A stretch of DNA of 64,000 bases from an uncultured Chloroflexia bacterium (lineage in GTDB: Bacteria; Chloroflexota; Limnocylindria; Limnocylindrales; CSP1-4). The notes under the pieces are model-generated. The model had not been told where the DNA came from and did no database searches. It worked only from the letters and a program-made list of their open reading frames with translations. The stretch covers positions 416,001 to 480,000 of the forward strand of contig CAVPPB010000003.1 of NCBI GenBank assembly GCA_963707215.1, read 5' to 3'. Positions 49,540 to 59,994 of the stretch are shown in pieces (within the stretch, counting starts at the first letter, position 1; each line of letters starts with the position of its first letter). The position numbers and the translations under genes are program-made.

Positions 49540-50853
49540 TCAGGACTCGTGCGGGTTGATGACGAGGCCGGTGAGGGCCTTGGGGTAGAAGTAGGTCGAC
49601 TTCTGGGGCATGACATCGCCGTCGCGGGCCACCTCGACCACCGACTCGACCGGAGTGGGATCGAGCAGGAACGCGACGTCGGTGCCACTCGACGGGTCGG
49701 CGACGGCGACGGCGGCCTCGGCCGCTGACTTCGTGTAGTGGACCCGGTCGCCGCCAGCCACGGCCGGCGGGTCGATCCCCGCCAGGTGATCGAGAGCGAC
49801 GCCGAGGACGGTGACATCGAGGCGGCGCAGGGCCGTTCCCCCGGGCGGGAGGAACGGCTCGACCGCGTCGCGGCGCACCTGGAGGATCGCCGAGGCGTGG
49901 CGGGTCAGGAGCCCGAATCGACCGCCCTGCGACGGAGCCGGGCCTGCCATCCGCTTGACGACGTCCTCGGGCGTCGCCGTCTCGACGTCGAAGAGCTCCC
50001 CTGCCCGATCGACGAGACGGCGGGAGCCCTCGTCGCCGAGGCCGCGCACGAGCCGATGGGTCGGCAGGACGGTCGGGCGCGTGGCGCCCGTTCCCAGCAC
50101 GAGGACGAGCAGGTGGTCGAACGCCGGATCCTCCTCGCACGAGCGCGTCATCCGGCGCTCGTCGCGATACCGGAGGGCCGTCTCGTAGCGATGGTGCCCG
50201 TCGGCGATGGTGACCGGACCGAGACCCGCCAGCGCACACAGCTCCTCGGCGCGATCGTCGGGCGATCCCTCGGCCGTGATCACCCAGAGCCGGTGGCGGA
50301 CATCGTCGTCGTCGATGAGGTCCACGTCACTCGGTTCCGTGGCGACGGCCTCGAGGATGCGCTCCGTGCCCTCCTGTCGCTCCTGCAGGACGACGACGGG
50401 TGAGACGTTGGCCCCGGTCGCCCGGAGCAGCCGGTAGCGATCCTCCTTGGGCCCCGAGAGGGTCCGCTCATGGGGCAGGACCCCACCGTCCCGACCCAGG
50501 GGCTCCAGCCGGAGCCGGGCGAAGAAGCCCCGCTGGGTCCGGAGCTCGGTGGCGCCGGGCACCCTGTACGTCTGCTCGTATACGTAGACGGCCGGTCGGG
50601 GGTCCTTGCGCAGCGTGCCGTCGGATCGCCACGAGGCGAACGTCCGGGCAGCCCTCCGGTAGCGGTCGTCGGGTTCGTCGCCGGGCTGCTCGACCGGCAG
50701 CTCGATGGCGACCACGTTGGCGGGATGGCGGGCCGCAAGTGTCGCGCGCGTCTCCGGGGGGATCACGTCGTAGGGCGGGCTGACCACGGTCGCCAGATCG
50801 CCGACCACCTCGGTGGCGTAGCGCAGGCCTCGGAACGGGCGGATGTCGGGCAC
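49540..50853 (-). CDS. DUF1015 family protein
   Basis: IRPFRGLRY, SPPYDVI, PHERT, IADGHHRYETA, PTHR, MPQKSTYFYPK..TGL. Confidence 0.93.
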   Translation of the reverse strand: MPDIRPFRGLRYATEVVGDLATVVSPPYDVIPPETRATLAARHPANVVAIELPVEQPGDEPDDRYRRAARTFASWRSDGTLRKDPRPAVYVYEQTYRVPGATELRTQRGFFARLRLEPLGRDGGVLPHERTLSGPKEDRYRLLRATGANVSPVVVLQERQEGTERILEAVATEPSDVDLIDDDDVRHRLWVITAEGSPDDRAEELCALAGLGPVTIADGHHRYETALRYRDERRMTRSCEEDPAFDHLLVLVLGTGATRPTVLPTHRLVRGLGDEGSRRLVDRAGELFDVETATPEDVVKRMAGPAPSQGGRFGLLTRHASAILQVRRDAVEPFLPPGGTALRRLDVTVLGVALDHLAGIDPPAVAGGDRVHYTKSAAEAAVAVADPSSGTDVAFLLDPTPVESVVEVARDGDVMPQKSTYFYPKALTGLVINPHES

Positions 50854-51202
50854 GGTCTCCTCGTGACAGGATCGGGGGTGCGTCGCGGCCGGATGCCCGG
50901 CGGGCTCCGGCGGGTCGCCGCCGACCCATCGTACGACACGGGGCCGGGATGTCGTTCCCGGCGAACCGGCCGGCGAACCCCTGGACCTGGTCGGCGCGTC
51001 GGGTCGCTCAGGTGCGGTCGACCGGCAGCCCCCGGATGGTAGGGGGTGGCGGTTCGCCGGGAGCGCCCCGCGCAGGATCTCTCTCCTCAGCCCGCTGGAC
51101 CGTCACCGTGACGAGGACCAGGACGACCAGGCAGGATCGGTCCCATGGTCCGGGGATCGTCCCCCCGCCGCGGGCCGGGTCGCCCGATGCTAGGCTCGGG
51201 CC

Positions 51203-51694
51203 GTGCTTCCCCACGGCGCCCGACCGCGCTTGCTCGCCGCCCTCATGCTCCTCGTCATCGTCGGGGTCCTGGCCGGCTGCCGCGCCACGACCATCGTGGG
51301 CGAGCCTGACCCGACCCCGACGGACATGATCGGGCTGGCGGTCGAGCTCCAGCGACGCGGGGTCGCCGTGACCGATGTGGTCTCGGGCGATGCTGGCTGC
51401 AGTGACCCGGACCTTGTCCCCGCCTCGATCTCCTTCCGGGCCAGCGGCCTCGACCAGGTCGAGCCGGTGACCATCCGCCTGTTCATCTTCCGGAACGACG
51501 CAGCCTACCAGCGCCAGCGCGCCAAGATCGACGGCTGCGCGTCGTCGTTCATCACCGACCCGGCGACCTTCGAGGCGCTCGATGCGTCGCCCTTCGTGGC
51601 CGTGGGCCAGGGCCCGTGGGCCCCTCAGCTCAAGCTGGTGCTCAGGGAGACGCTCGAGGCGGGAGCCGGGGGTCCGGCCGGATCGAGCGGCTGA
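51203..51694 (+). CDS. Hypothetical lipoprotein
   Basis: Lipobox LAGC; SGDAGC; second Cys; TAGGCT 6 nt before GTG. Confidence 0.75.
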   Translation: MLPHGARPRLLAALMLLVIVGVLAGCRATTIVGEPDPTPTDMIGLAVELQRRGVAVTDVVSGDAGCSDPDLVPASISFRASGLDQVEPVTIRLFIFRNDAAYQRQRAKIDGCASSFITDPATFEALDASPFVAVGQGPWAPQLKLVLRETLEAGAGGPAGSSG

Positions 51695-51748
51695 TCGCCT
51701 CGGGTCGTCGGCGGCGCCCTTCGGCGAGCGGTGCTAGGGTTCGGCCCC

Positions 51749-52522
51749 ATGGAAGGGACCGGGCCGACGCCCGAGCGAGCGTCCGCGACCGAGCGCGCCA
51801 AGGCAGCTCCCGAGGGTACCGGCCGACCCGACGTCGGGCCCGAGCCCGCCCCCGTCGGCGGTGACCGTGATCGCTCGCTGCGCCGGGCGATCCTCGTCCG
51901 CCTGCGCCGAGGCGGCGCGGCCACCCCCGACCAGCTGGCGCGCGGCCTCGGGATGAGCCGGACCGGCGTCCTGGGCCAGCTCCGTCGTCTCGAGGCCGGC
52001 GGCCTGGTGCAGCACGAGACCGAGCGCCACGGGGTCGGCCGACCGCGCCATCGCTACGACCTGACCGAGCGGGCCCAGGCCCTCTTCCCGGCCGCCTACG
52101 ACGGCCTCGCGAGGGGCCTCCTTGCGGCCATCCGACGGGTCGGCGATGACGATCTCGTCGAGCGCGTCTTCGAGGCCAGGCGCCTGGAGATCGCCGAGCG
52201 GGCCACGAGCCACCTCGAGGAGCGCCTGAACGGCGACCGCTCGACCGAGGCCCGGACGCGGGAGCTGGCCGTGTTCCAGGACACCCACGGGTACCTTGCC
52301 GACACGGTGACGGGCCCGGACGGGCGGATCCGGCTCCGCCAGCACAACTGCGCGATCCACGACATCGCGGCTGCCGAGCCGGCGGCCTGCGAGGCAGAGC
52401 TACGGCTGTTCCGCGAGCTCCTGGGGGAGGACGTAGTCCGGGAGTCGCACATCGCGTCCGGCGACCGGGCATGCGTCTACCGCGTCGGCGATCGGACCGG
52501 AGCGGAGACCGAGGAAGCCTGA
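51749..52522 (+). CDS. SufR-like wHTH transcriptional regulator
   Basis: IL..L...G..T..QLA..LG, GVGRPRHRY.LT, FP..Y, HNCAI, ACEAEL, SHIASGDRAC.Y. Confidence 0.85.
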   Translation: MEGTGPTPERASATERAKAAPEGTGRPDVGPEPAPVGGDRDRSLRRAILVRLRRGGAATPDQLARGLGMSRTGVLGQLRRLEAGGLVQHETERHGVGRPRHRYDLTERAQALFPAAYDGLARGLLAAIRRVGDDDLVERVFEARRLEIAERATSHLEERLNGDRSTEARTRELAVFQDTHGYLADTVTGPDGRIRLRQHNCAIHDIAAAEPAACEAELRLFRELLGEDVVRESHIASGDRACVYRVGDRTGAETEEA

Positions 52523-52551
52523 CGGCGACCCGTCCGGTCACGGGACCGGGG

Positions 52552-53607
52552 TCAGGCCTCCTCTCGCTCGACCACCTCCCGGGCGGCCGGTTCGAGGTCC
52601 GGCAACGGGACATCGGACACGTTCGGGACGAAGCTGGAGGCGAGGGCCGTCTGTGCGGCCCGGGCCTGTTCGTCGACCGTCAGGATCCCGAGTCGGCCGA
52701 GCGTCGCCATCTCGTCGCGGATGTAGGTCTTGAGCATCTCGGGCCCATCGGTGCTGATCGTGAAGCGAACGTCGTTGCGGCGGAACTGATCGAAGATCCA
52801 GCGGAACTCGTCCCATCCGGATACGACGCCGGTATTCAGGTTCGAGGAGGGGCAGATCTCGAGGACGATCCCCCGCTCGCGGATCATCGCCATCGCCCGC
52901 GGGTCGTAGGCCGCCTTGACGCCATGGCCGATCCGGTCCGGCTCAAGGAGCTCCACGACCCGGGCGACCTCGTCCACCGCCCCGGCCTCGCCGGTATGGA
53001 CGGTGATACCGAGCCCGAACTGGCGGGCCCGGCGGAAGAGCCGCCGGTAGTCGGCGACCCGGAAGGTGGCCGATTCGGGCCCGGCGATGTCGATGCCGAC
53101 GACGCCGCGGTCCCGCCAGGCGATCGCCTTCTCGGTGATGATCTCGTTCAGTTCGAAGGGGAAGGCCCTGTCGAGGCAGAAGATGAGGCCCGGCTTGACC
53201 GGGTACTCCAGTGTGGCCCGGTCCATCCCGCGCAGGGCGGCGGCGATGATGTGGTCGAGATCCTGCTCTCCACCGCGGTTCCGCTTCATCGGGTTGAAGC
53301 GGAGCTCCATCGTCGTGATGTTGTTCTTCCGGTACGCGCCGCCGATGACCTCGTAGACCGATCGCTCCACCGCCGTCGGTGAGGACTGGATCAGCTCCGT
53401 CCAGTGGAACAGCTGGAGGTACGCGTCGAAGCTCTTGGCCCGCCGGGGCGAGACCGTGATCATGTCGCGGAAGGCCCAATAGTCGCGCGTCGGCAGCTTG
53501 ATGCCCTGGGCGTGCGCGATGCTCCACATGATCGCCGGCGTCACAGCGCCGCCGAGATGGCAGTGCAGTTCGGCGAGGGGGATCTTGCGAGGAAGGTTGC
53601 GGCGCAT
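52552..53607 (-). CDS. add: Adenosine deaminase family protein
   Basis: ELHCHLGG, ELRFNP, GIDIAGPE, TVHTGE, RIGHG, EICPSSN, STDGP. Confidence 0.9.
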   Translation of the reverse strand: MRRNLPRKIPLAELHCHLGGAVTPAIMWSIAHAQGIKLPTRDYWAFRDMITVSPRRAKSFDAYLQLFHWTELIQSSPTAVERSVYEVIGGAYRKNNITTMELRFNPMKRNRGGEQDLDHIIAAALRGMDRATLEYPVKPGLIFCLDRAFPFELNEIITEKAIAWRDRGVVGIDIAGPESATFRVADYRRLFRRARQFGLGITVHTGEAGAVDEVARVVELLEPDRIGHGVKAAYDPRAMAMIRERGIVLEICPSSNLNTGVVSGWDEFRWIFDQFRRNDVRFTISTDGPEMLKTYIRDEMATLGRLGILTVDEQARAAQTALASSFVPNVSDVPLPDLEPAAREVVEREEA

Positions 53608-53627
53608 GGGACCGGAGCATACCCCGG

Positions 53628-55454
53628 TCAGTCGATGCAGAACCCGTAGGTCGACGAGCCCCCGGTCGTGCTGACCGTCACCGCGTAGCGACCGGACCCC
53701 CAGCCCCGCGGCGCGTCGGGCGCGAGGACGGCGAGGCCGGGCACTGGGCCGAGCGAGGAGCGGACGTCGACGGGTCGCGACCGCGCATAGGCCCCGATCA
53801 CCCTGACGTCAACGCTGGTGATCGCCCCGGACGGGCCGGTCACCACCCCGATCGGGCGTCGAGTGCCGGCGAGCCCCAGGCCGATCCGGCAGTCGGGGTC
53901 GAGCCCGGCCGCCTCCGTCGGTGTCGCCACCGGGACCTGGGCGGCGAGCCGGATGGCGAACCCGGACGGCGGAAGCCGGAGCGGCTCGATGCTCCCCGCC
54001 ACCACGCCCGATCCGCCGACGTGCCGAGCCCAGGCCCGCGTAGAGCTCAGCAGGACCGGCGTCGAGGTCACCTGGCCGCCAAGGAGGTCCACGTGATAGC
54101 TGGCCGACCGGGCGGTGCCGTCGGCCTCGCGCCAGCGGGCATCGAGACGGTAGACGCCGGGAGCCCAGGCCTGCCCGTCCGGCGCATCGACGACGGCCCA
54201 TGGCGAACCGCCTGCCGGGCCGGCATGGAGTCCCTGGCGGGTCGCTTCGCGAGGTCCGGCGGGACCGACCAGCGCGACCGCGCGGAGACGTGGCTCGGCC
54301 GAACCGTCGGGGAAGCGGATCCCGAATCCGGCCACCCCGGGGATCCGGAGCGTGGCGAGCCGGGGTAGCTCGTCGGGACCCTCACCGGCGACCGCGGAGA
54401 GCCAGGCACGTCGCTCGCCGAGCGCCGGGCCGACCCGCACACCGAGCCCGACGACCTCCGAGCCGACGACCATGAATGGTTCGGGTCGCGTGGGCTGCCG
54501 GTCGGGTCCCCGATCGAGCGGCTCGGGCGCATCGGCTCGGACCGACTCGGCGGGGCCCGGTGATGCGGGAACCGGCACCGGCCAGCCATCCGGAGTGCCG
54601 GGACCGGCGTCGATCCTCACACCGAACCGGATGACCTCGCCGGCGGTGAGCACGTCGATCCGGTAGTAGCCGGCCGGCCAGGACGGCATCGTCCGGCCGT
54701 TGACCGTCGGGGGCACGAAGTACCAGTCTCCCGACCCGATGTCGCCCGCGGGTCGGGCGCCGTCCAGCCGCTCGAGGACGCCGTAGGACACTCGCCACAG
54801 CCGGACATCGAGCGGCGCCTCATCTCCCGGACTGGTCAGGGCGATGAGACGGATCGGCGCGTCCGTCGCCGGGACGGCCATGACGCCGCGGACACCCGCC
54901 CGGCGTTCGAGACGACCAGGCGCACCCTGGCTGGGATCGCGAGCCGGATACCAGCGCTCAACGACCCATCGACCGTCGCCGAAGGCGATCCGGTCGACCT
55001 CCGGTGCCGGTCCGTCGACCCCTGGACCTCCCTGGCCTGCCGCCGCCATGGCCGCCGGATCGACGACGACGCGCAGACCCCATCCGTCCCGCGGCGGCAT
55101 CACGATCGCCAGCGCCGGCCAGGTCGGGACATCGAACGGCGCCAGCTCCACCGTCGTCGCGGCCGCAGCGGCGGGGGTCGGGCTCGGCGCCGCGGCGGAG
55201 TCGGGCGTCGACGCCGGGTCACTCGGGGCGGTCGCCTCCCAGGGCTTGACGACGGCGAGGGCGACGAAGGCGAGGGCGAGGATCGCGGCCAGGATCGCCC
55301 GGTCGGGCAGACGTCGCCGCCTGCCCAGCGGGGCGACGTCGACCTGCAGGGACCGGGTGATCAGCTGGTCCTGGATCGGTTCATCCTGACCGGGGCCCAC
55401 CTCGACCGGGCCGGGCCCGGGCCCCACGGGTGGGCCTCCACGTGGTCCCCTCAT
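53628..55454 (-). CDS. Single-TM hypothetical protein with repeated beta-sandwich-like domains (paralog B)
   Basis: VAPLGRRRRLPDRA-TM-AVVKPW; WPAGYYRID, WAPGVYRLD, WGSGRYAV; ATGA coupling. Confidence 0.7.
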   Translation of the reverse strand: MRGPRGGPPVGPGPGPVEVGPGQDEPIQDQLITRSLQVDVAPLGRRRRLPDRAILAAILALAFVALAVVKPWEATAPSDPASTPDSAAAPSPTPAAAAATTVELAPFDVPTWPALAIVMPPRDGWGLRVVVDPAAMAAAGQGGPGVDGPAPEVDRIAFGDGRWVVERWYPARDPSQGAPGRLERRAGVRGVMAVPATDAPIRLIALTSPGDEAPLDVRLWRVSYGVLERLDGARPAGDIGSGDWYFVPPTVNGRTMPSWPAGYYRIDVLTAGEVIRFGVRIDAGPGTPDGWPVPVPASPGPAESVRADAPEPLDRGPDRQPTRPEPFMVVGSEVVGLGVRVGPALGERRAWLSAVAGEGPDELPRLATLRIPGVAGFGIRFPDGSAEPRLRAVALVGPAGPREATRQGLHAGPAGGSPWAVVDAPDGQAWAPGVYRLDARWREADGTARSASYHVDLLGGQVTSTPVLLSSTRAWARHVGGSGVVAGSIEPLRLPPSGFAIRLAAQVPVATPTEAAGLDPDCRIGLGLAGTRRPIGVVTGPSGAITSVDVRVIGAYARSRPVDVRSSLGPVPGLAVLAPDAPRGWGSGRYAVTVSTTGGSSTYGFCID

Positions 55455-57253
55455 CCGCGCCTCGCGGCCTCGTCCGAGAACGCCCTCAGGGAGCTCGCCG
55501 CGGCCGGGACATCGGCCCGCGCGCCGGGCCCGGGCCCCAGACAGACGACATGCCGGAGCTCCAGGCCGTCGGGGCCACCGAGCACGATCCGGTAGTGGCC
55601 GACCTGCCACCCTCCCGGATCGACCGGCGTCATGACGGCCAGCCCCGGGACCGGGTCGATCGAGGCTCGCACGGGAACCGGCAGTGTCCGGCCGCCGACG
55701 AAGAGGCGCTCGACCGTGACACGGTCCACCGGCTCGTCGACGCGGTGGGCCACCCCAAGGATGGCCTGGATCGAATCCGCCATGACCCCTCCGGCGCGAC
55801 AGCGTCCGCCCTGGGCCTCCACGGTCTCGACGGCGCTGCCCGGCTCCTGTGGCAGGAGCCGGATCGCCGCGGCCGCCGGCCCGCCTTCGAGCGGCTCGAC
55901 GGTCCCGACCACGAGCCCCTGCCCGCCGGCGTGGCGGGCCCAGCCGCGGACTGCGGCCAGCAGCCGGGGCGTCGCCGCCGCGGGACCCGGATCGAGATCG
56001 ACGTGGTACGCGGCGGTGATGGCCCGACCTCCCGGCTCCGACCAGCCGACGTCGATGCGATAGGTACCCGCCAGCCACCCGCCCTTCCCCTGCGGTGAGA
56101 GCACGACCACCCGGCCACCATCAGGGTCGACGACCATGCGACTGGCGATCTCCGCCGGGACCCCACCGATCCGCGTCGCCCGGAGTGACGTCACCTCGGT
56201 GCCGGGTGGCAGGGCAACCCCCAGGGCGGCGACGTCGGGCTGACGCACGGGGGCCAGGGTCGCGGGCTCGTCCGGACGCTCGCCCGCCCGAGCCCCGAGC
56301 CATGCCTCGTAGGGCTCGAGCGGGGCCCTGAGGACCGTGGGCAGTCCCACGACGATCGATCCGGCCACGCCGACGGGGATCGGCGCCGACATCGGATCGA
56401 GAACCGTGGCAGGCAGGGTCGCGCTCGAGCTCCGCTGCTGGCCCGGGGTGATCCGGTCCGCCCGGGCCGTCCAGCGGAGCGACGAGTCCGAAAGCTTCGG
56501 ACCCGGGATCGACACGTCGATCCAGGCGATCCGGTCGGCCAGGAGCAGCTCGAAGCGGTAGGTGCCCTGGGTCCAGGCGGGGTCCTCCCCGATCAGGATC
56601 TCCGGCGAGACGAGCAGTGACTCGCCGGTCCCAGGATCCCCGCGAAGGCGCTGGACCGCGACCCGGATCGGCTCCTCCGTCCAGCGGACGCGCCGCCAGA
56701 CGCGAACGTCCAGGGGGGCCTCGTCGTTCGGGGTGGTGATCGCCAGCATCCGGACCGGCGTGGTCCCGCCGACCCGGACCAGCCCGCCGGGCTGGGCGGG
56801 CGTCCAGCCCACCGCGAGGCGGGTGTCGTCGGAGAGGCGGATGACGGGAACCGAAGACGTCGGGGCGTCGCTCAGGACCCGCACGCCCCAGGCCCCGTGA
56901 GGATCGAGCTGGGCGATCACCTCCGTCCAGGTGGGCAGCCGGGTCCGGCCGAGGAGCGGCCTGGGCGGCTCGCTGCGCACAGGGATCGACTCCAAGGACG
57001 CCGACGGCTCGGCTTCCGAGGTCTCGATGAACGCCGACCGGTCGGCTGGATCCGCCCAGGGCTTGACGACCGCAAGGCCGACGACGAGGGCGGCGATCGC
57101 CCCCAGCGCGAGGGCCCGGTCGGGGAAGCGCCGACGTCGGCCGACGGGCGCCACGGCGAACACCGCCGGTCCCGGCCGACGCTCGTCCTCGATCGTCGGC
57201 CCGGATGGCTCGGAGGGATCAGCCGGCCGCCGGAACGACCCGTCCATGGGCAT
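55451..57253 (-). CDS. Single-TM hypothetical protein with repeated beta-sandwich-like domains (paralog A)
   Basis: VAPVGRRRRFPDRA-TM-AVVKPW; WTQGTYRFE, WLAGTYRID, WQVGHYRIV. Confidence 0.7.
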   Translation of the reverse strand: MPMDGSFRRPADPSEPSGPTIEDERRPGPAVFAVAPVGRRRRFPDRALALGAIAALVVGLAVVKPWADPADRSAFIETSEAEPSASLESIPVRSEPPRPLLGRTRLPTWTEVIAQLDPHGAWGVRVLSDAPTSSVPVIRLSDDTRLAVGWTPAQPGGLVRVGGTTPVRMLAITTPNDEAPLDVRVWRRVRWTEEPIRVAVQRLRGDPGTGESLLVSPEILIGEDPAWTQGTYRFELLLADRIAWIDVSIPGPKLSDSSLRWTARADRITPGQQRSSSATLPATVLDPMSAPIPVGVAGSIVVGLPTVLRAPLEPYEAWLGARAGERPDEPATLAPVRQPDVAALGVALPPGTEVTSLRATRIGGVPAEIASRMVVDPDGGRVVVLSPQGKGGWLAGTYRIDVGWSEPGGRAITAAYHVDLDPGPAAATPRLLAAVRGWARHAGGQGLVVGTVEPLEGGPAAAAIRLLPQEPGSAVETVEAQGGRCRAGGVMADSIQAILGVAHRVDEPVDRVTVERLFVGGRTLPVPVRASIDPVPGLAVMTPVDPGGWQVGHYRIVLGGPDGLELRHVVCLGPGPGARADVPAAASSLRAFSDEAARRG

Positions 57254-58292
57254 CCACCGTCGCCTGTCGGCGCAACGCTCGGAGCTCCGCCCCAGGGATC
57301 TGGTCCCGGGCGTGGTAGCTCGACCTCACGAGCGGACCCGACTCGACGTGGAGGAAGCCCATCGCCAGCGCGCGCGATCGCAGCTCGGCGAACTCCTCGG
57401 GGCGGTAGTACCGCTCCACCGGGAGGTGCGCCGAGGACGGCTGCAGGTACTGGCCGACCGTGAGGATGTCGCAGTCGACCGAACGCAGATCGCGGAATGT
57501 CGCCAGGAGCTCGTCGAGCTCCTCGCCGAGACCGACCATCACCGAGCTCTTCGTATGGACGGCCGCCCCGGATGCACGGGCCATCGACTTGGCACGCGCC
57601 AGGACCTCCAGGGAGCGGTCGTAGCGAGCCCGCTTCCGGACCGGCTTCTGGAGCCGCTCCACGGTCTCGACGTTATGGTTCAGGATGTCCGGGGCGGCGT
57701 CCATGACCGCCCGTAGCGGGGCCTCGTGGCCGTCGAAGTCCGGGATGAGCACCTCGACGCCCATGCCCGGGCCGCTGGCACGCAGCTGGCGGATCGTCTC
57801 GGCGAAGACGCTCGCCCCGCCATCGGGCAGGTCGTCCCGGGCGACGCTGGTCACGACGACGTGCTCGAGCCCCAGGGCGGCGACGGCCTCGGCCACCCGG
57901 CGCGGCTCGTCGTCGTCGAACCAGGTCGGCCGGCCGGTCTTGACGGCGCAGAAGCCGCAGGCCCGGGTGCAGGTGTCACCGAGGATCATGATCGTCGCCG
58001 TACGCTGGTCCCAGCACTCCCCGACGTTGGGGCAGTGGGCCTCCTCGCAGACGGTGTTCAGCTCGAGCCCGCGGAGCAGCCGCTTGAGGTCGTGGTACGT
58101 CTCGCCGGCCGGCAGCTTGGCCCGGATCCACTCGGGATGACGGCGGACCGGGTGGGCCGTCGCGGTGCCGCTGTCACGGCGGGCGCCGGCCACGAGGTCC
58201 AGGGCCGCTCCCCCGCCGATGGCGATCGAGAGGGCCTCGGCCGAGGGCGGGTGATGCCCCTGGGGCTGGATGATCGGCAGCTCGCGGGCCAT
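57219..58292 (-). CDS. lipA: Lipoyl synthase
   Basis: TVCEEAHCPNVGECW, CTRACGFC, TSVARDDL, HNVETV, GQYLQPS, PLVRSSYHA. Confidence 0.97.
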   Translation of the reverse strand: MARELPIIQPQGHHPPSAEALSIAIGGGAALDLVAGARRDSGTATAHPVRRHPEWIRAKLPAGETYHDLKRLLRGLELNTVCEEAHCPNVGECWDQRTATIMILGDTCTRACGFCAVKTGRPTWFDDDEPRRVAEAVAALGLEHVVVTSVARDDLPDGGASVFAETIRQLRASGPGMGVEVLIPDFDGHEAPLRAVMDAAPDILNHNVETVERLQKPVRKRARYDRSLEVLARAKSMARASGAAVHTKSSVMVGLGEELDELLATFRDLRSVDCDILTVGQYLQPSSAHLPVERYYRPEEFAELRSRALAMGFLHVESGPLVRSSYHARDQIPGAELRALRRQATVDAHGRVVPAAG

Positions 58293-58296
58293 GGGC

Positions 58297-59658
58297 CTAG
58301 AAGATGGCCGTGTCCGGGCCGATCGACTCGAGCGCCGTCTTGACGTCGCGCAGGAAGTAGCCGGCCTGGGCTCCGTCGTTGGCCCGATGATCGACGCCGA
58401 TGACCATGTTCATGATCGGCCGGATCGCGATGACGTCGCCGTCGTCGGTCTCGACGACGACCGGCCGCTTGCGGATGACCTCCATGGTCAGGATGGCGAC
58501 CTCGGGCACGTTGATGATCGGCATCGTCATGTTCGAGCCGAACCAGCCGGTGTTGTCGACGGTGAACGTCCCGCCGCCGAAGTCGTCGACCCGCAGCTTG
58601 CCGACCCTCGCTCGCGCGGCTACATCGGCGATGGCCCGGTTGATGCCGCTGATGCTGAGCTGGTCGACGTCGCGGACCACGGGCACGATGAGCCCGTCGT
58701 CCACCGCCACCGCGACACCGACGTTGACCCGCCGCTTGGCGACGAGGCCCTGGTCGGTCCAGTGGGCGTTGAACGTCTGGTGCCGTTTGAGGGCCTCCAC
58801 GGCCGCCTTGATGACGAAGGGCACGTAGCTCAGCGAGATGCCCTCGCGGGCCTGGTACTCGCGCTTGGCGGACTCCCGCAGCCGGACCAGGTTCGTGACA
58901 TCCACTTCGACCTGGACGTAGGCATGCGGCACGGCCAGCGCCCGGGTCATCTGGGCGGCGATGCCCTTGCGCATCTGGGTGAGCGGGACGAGGACCTCGT
59001 CGGCGCCCTCGGGGAAGACGATGGTCGGGCCCTCGGCCGGCGGGGCGGTCGGGGCGGGACGGGCGGCTCCCGGGTGGGCGGCTCGCGCGCCTCCCGGCGA
59101 CTGGGCGCCGACGGGCTGGCCCGTTCGCCGCGCCTCCACGAGGTCGGTGACGTCGTCGCGGGTGATCCGCCCGCCACCACCCGTGCCAACGACCTCCTGT
59201 GGCGAGAGGCCGTGCTCGCGCAGGAGCCGGCGGACGGCAGGGGTCATCCGCGCGTCGGCGCTGCCGGGCGCCATGGCGGGCGCAGAGACCTCGGCGGTCG
59301 TGGGCGCGGTGGTCCCCGGCTCGGGCTGCGGCTCGGGCGCGCTCGGGGTCTCGGCGGTCGGCGTCGCGGCGGCCGGGGTTTCGGCGGGACGCGTCGCGGC
59401 GGTCGCGGCGACATCGCCCGCGTCGGCGGTCTCGATGACGGCGATCTCGGCGTCGTTGGGGACCGTCGCCCCCTCCTCGACGAGGATCTCGGTCAGCGTC
59501 CCCTCGAACGGCGAGGGCACCTCGGCGTTGACCTTGTCGGTGATGACCTCGACGAGCGGCTCGTACTTGTCGACGTGGTCGCCGGGCTGCTTGAGCCACT
59601 TGCCGATCGTCCCCTCGGCCACGCTCTCGCCGAGCTGGGGCATCGTCACCTTCGCCAC
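58297..59658 (-). CDS. bkdB: 2-oxoacid dehydrogenase E2 dihydrolipoamide acyltransferase
   Basis: Lipoyl domain MPQLGESV.EG..TDKVNAEVPSP; E3-binding TPAVRRL..GTG.GGRIT; DHRANDG. Confidence 0.92.
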   Translation of the reverse strand: MAKVTMPQLGESVAEGTIGKWLKQPGDHVDKYEPLVEVITDKVNAEVPSPFEGTLTEILVEEGATVPNDAEIAVIETADAGDVAATAATRPAETPAAATPTAETPSAPEPQPEPGTTAPTTAEVSAPAMAPGSADARMTPAVRRLLREHGLSPQEVVGTGGGGRITRDDVTDLVEARRTGQPVGAQSPGGARAAHPGAARPAPTAPPAEGPTIVFPEGADEVLVPLTQMRKGIAAQMTRALAVPHAYVQVEVDVTNLVRLRESAKREYQAREGISLSYVPFVIKAAVEALKRHQTFNAHWTDQGLVAKRRVNVGVAVAVDDGLIVPVVRDVDQLSISGINRAIADVAARARVGKLRVDDFGGGTFTVDNTGWFGSNMTMPIINVPEVAILTMEVIRKRPVVVETDDGDVIAIRPIMNMVIGVDHRANDGAQAGYFLRDVKTALESIGPDTAIF

Positions 59659-59928
59659 GGGACCACCTCCGGGGACGCTGCGGGGCGTCGTCTCGCTGCC
59701 ATCGCAGCCTAGTCTGCCGCATCCGTGGTCGAGGCGCCGTGGCGCGGCTCGCCGCGACCCCGACCGACGACTCAGCGCCTGAACGACGCCCGCGTGGCGA
59801 CCCGACGGCCGATCACGGCTGCCAGCGCCGAAACCCCGAGCGTCCGCGGGACCACACCGACGGCCATCCAGAAGATGGTCCGGTAGAACGAGCCGCCGCT
59901 CGCTGCCTGGCGCGCGAGGAGGACCAGC

Positions 59929-59994
59929 CGGATGGCCCCGAACCCGGTCGCCAGGCCCGACACGCCCACGAGTCGGATGGCCCCGAACCCGGTC
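59929..59994. repeat. 21-bp direct repeat (45-bp period) within a small hydrophobic ORF remnant
   Basis: CGGATGGCCCCGAACCCGGTC at 59929 and 59974; encodes TGFGAIRL twice on the minus strand. Confidence 0.7.

Noticed and set aside
51008-51146. Small membrane peptide on the minus strand
   Set aside because: Needs an indel to join the ATG to the hydrophobic frame; too little support.
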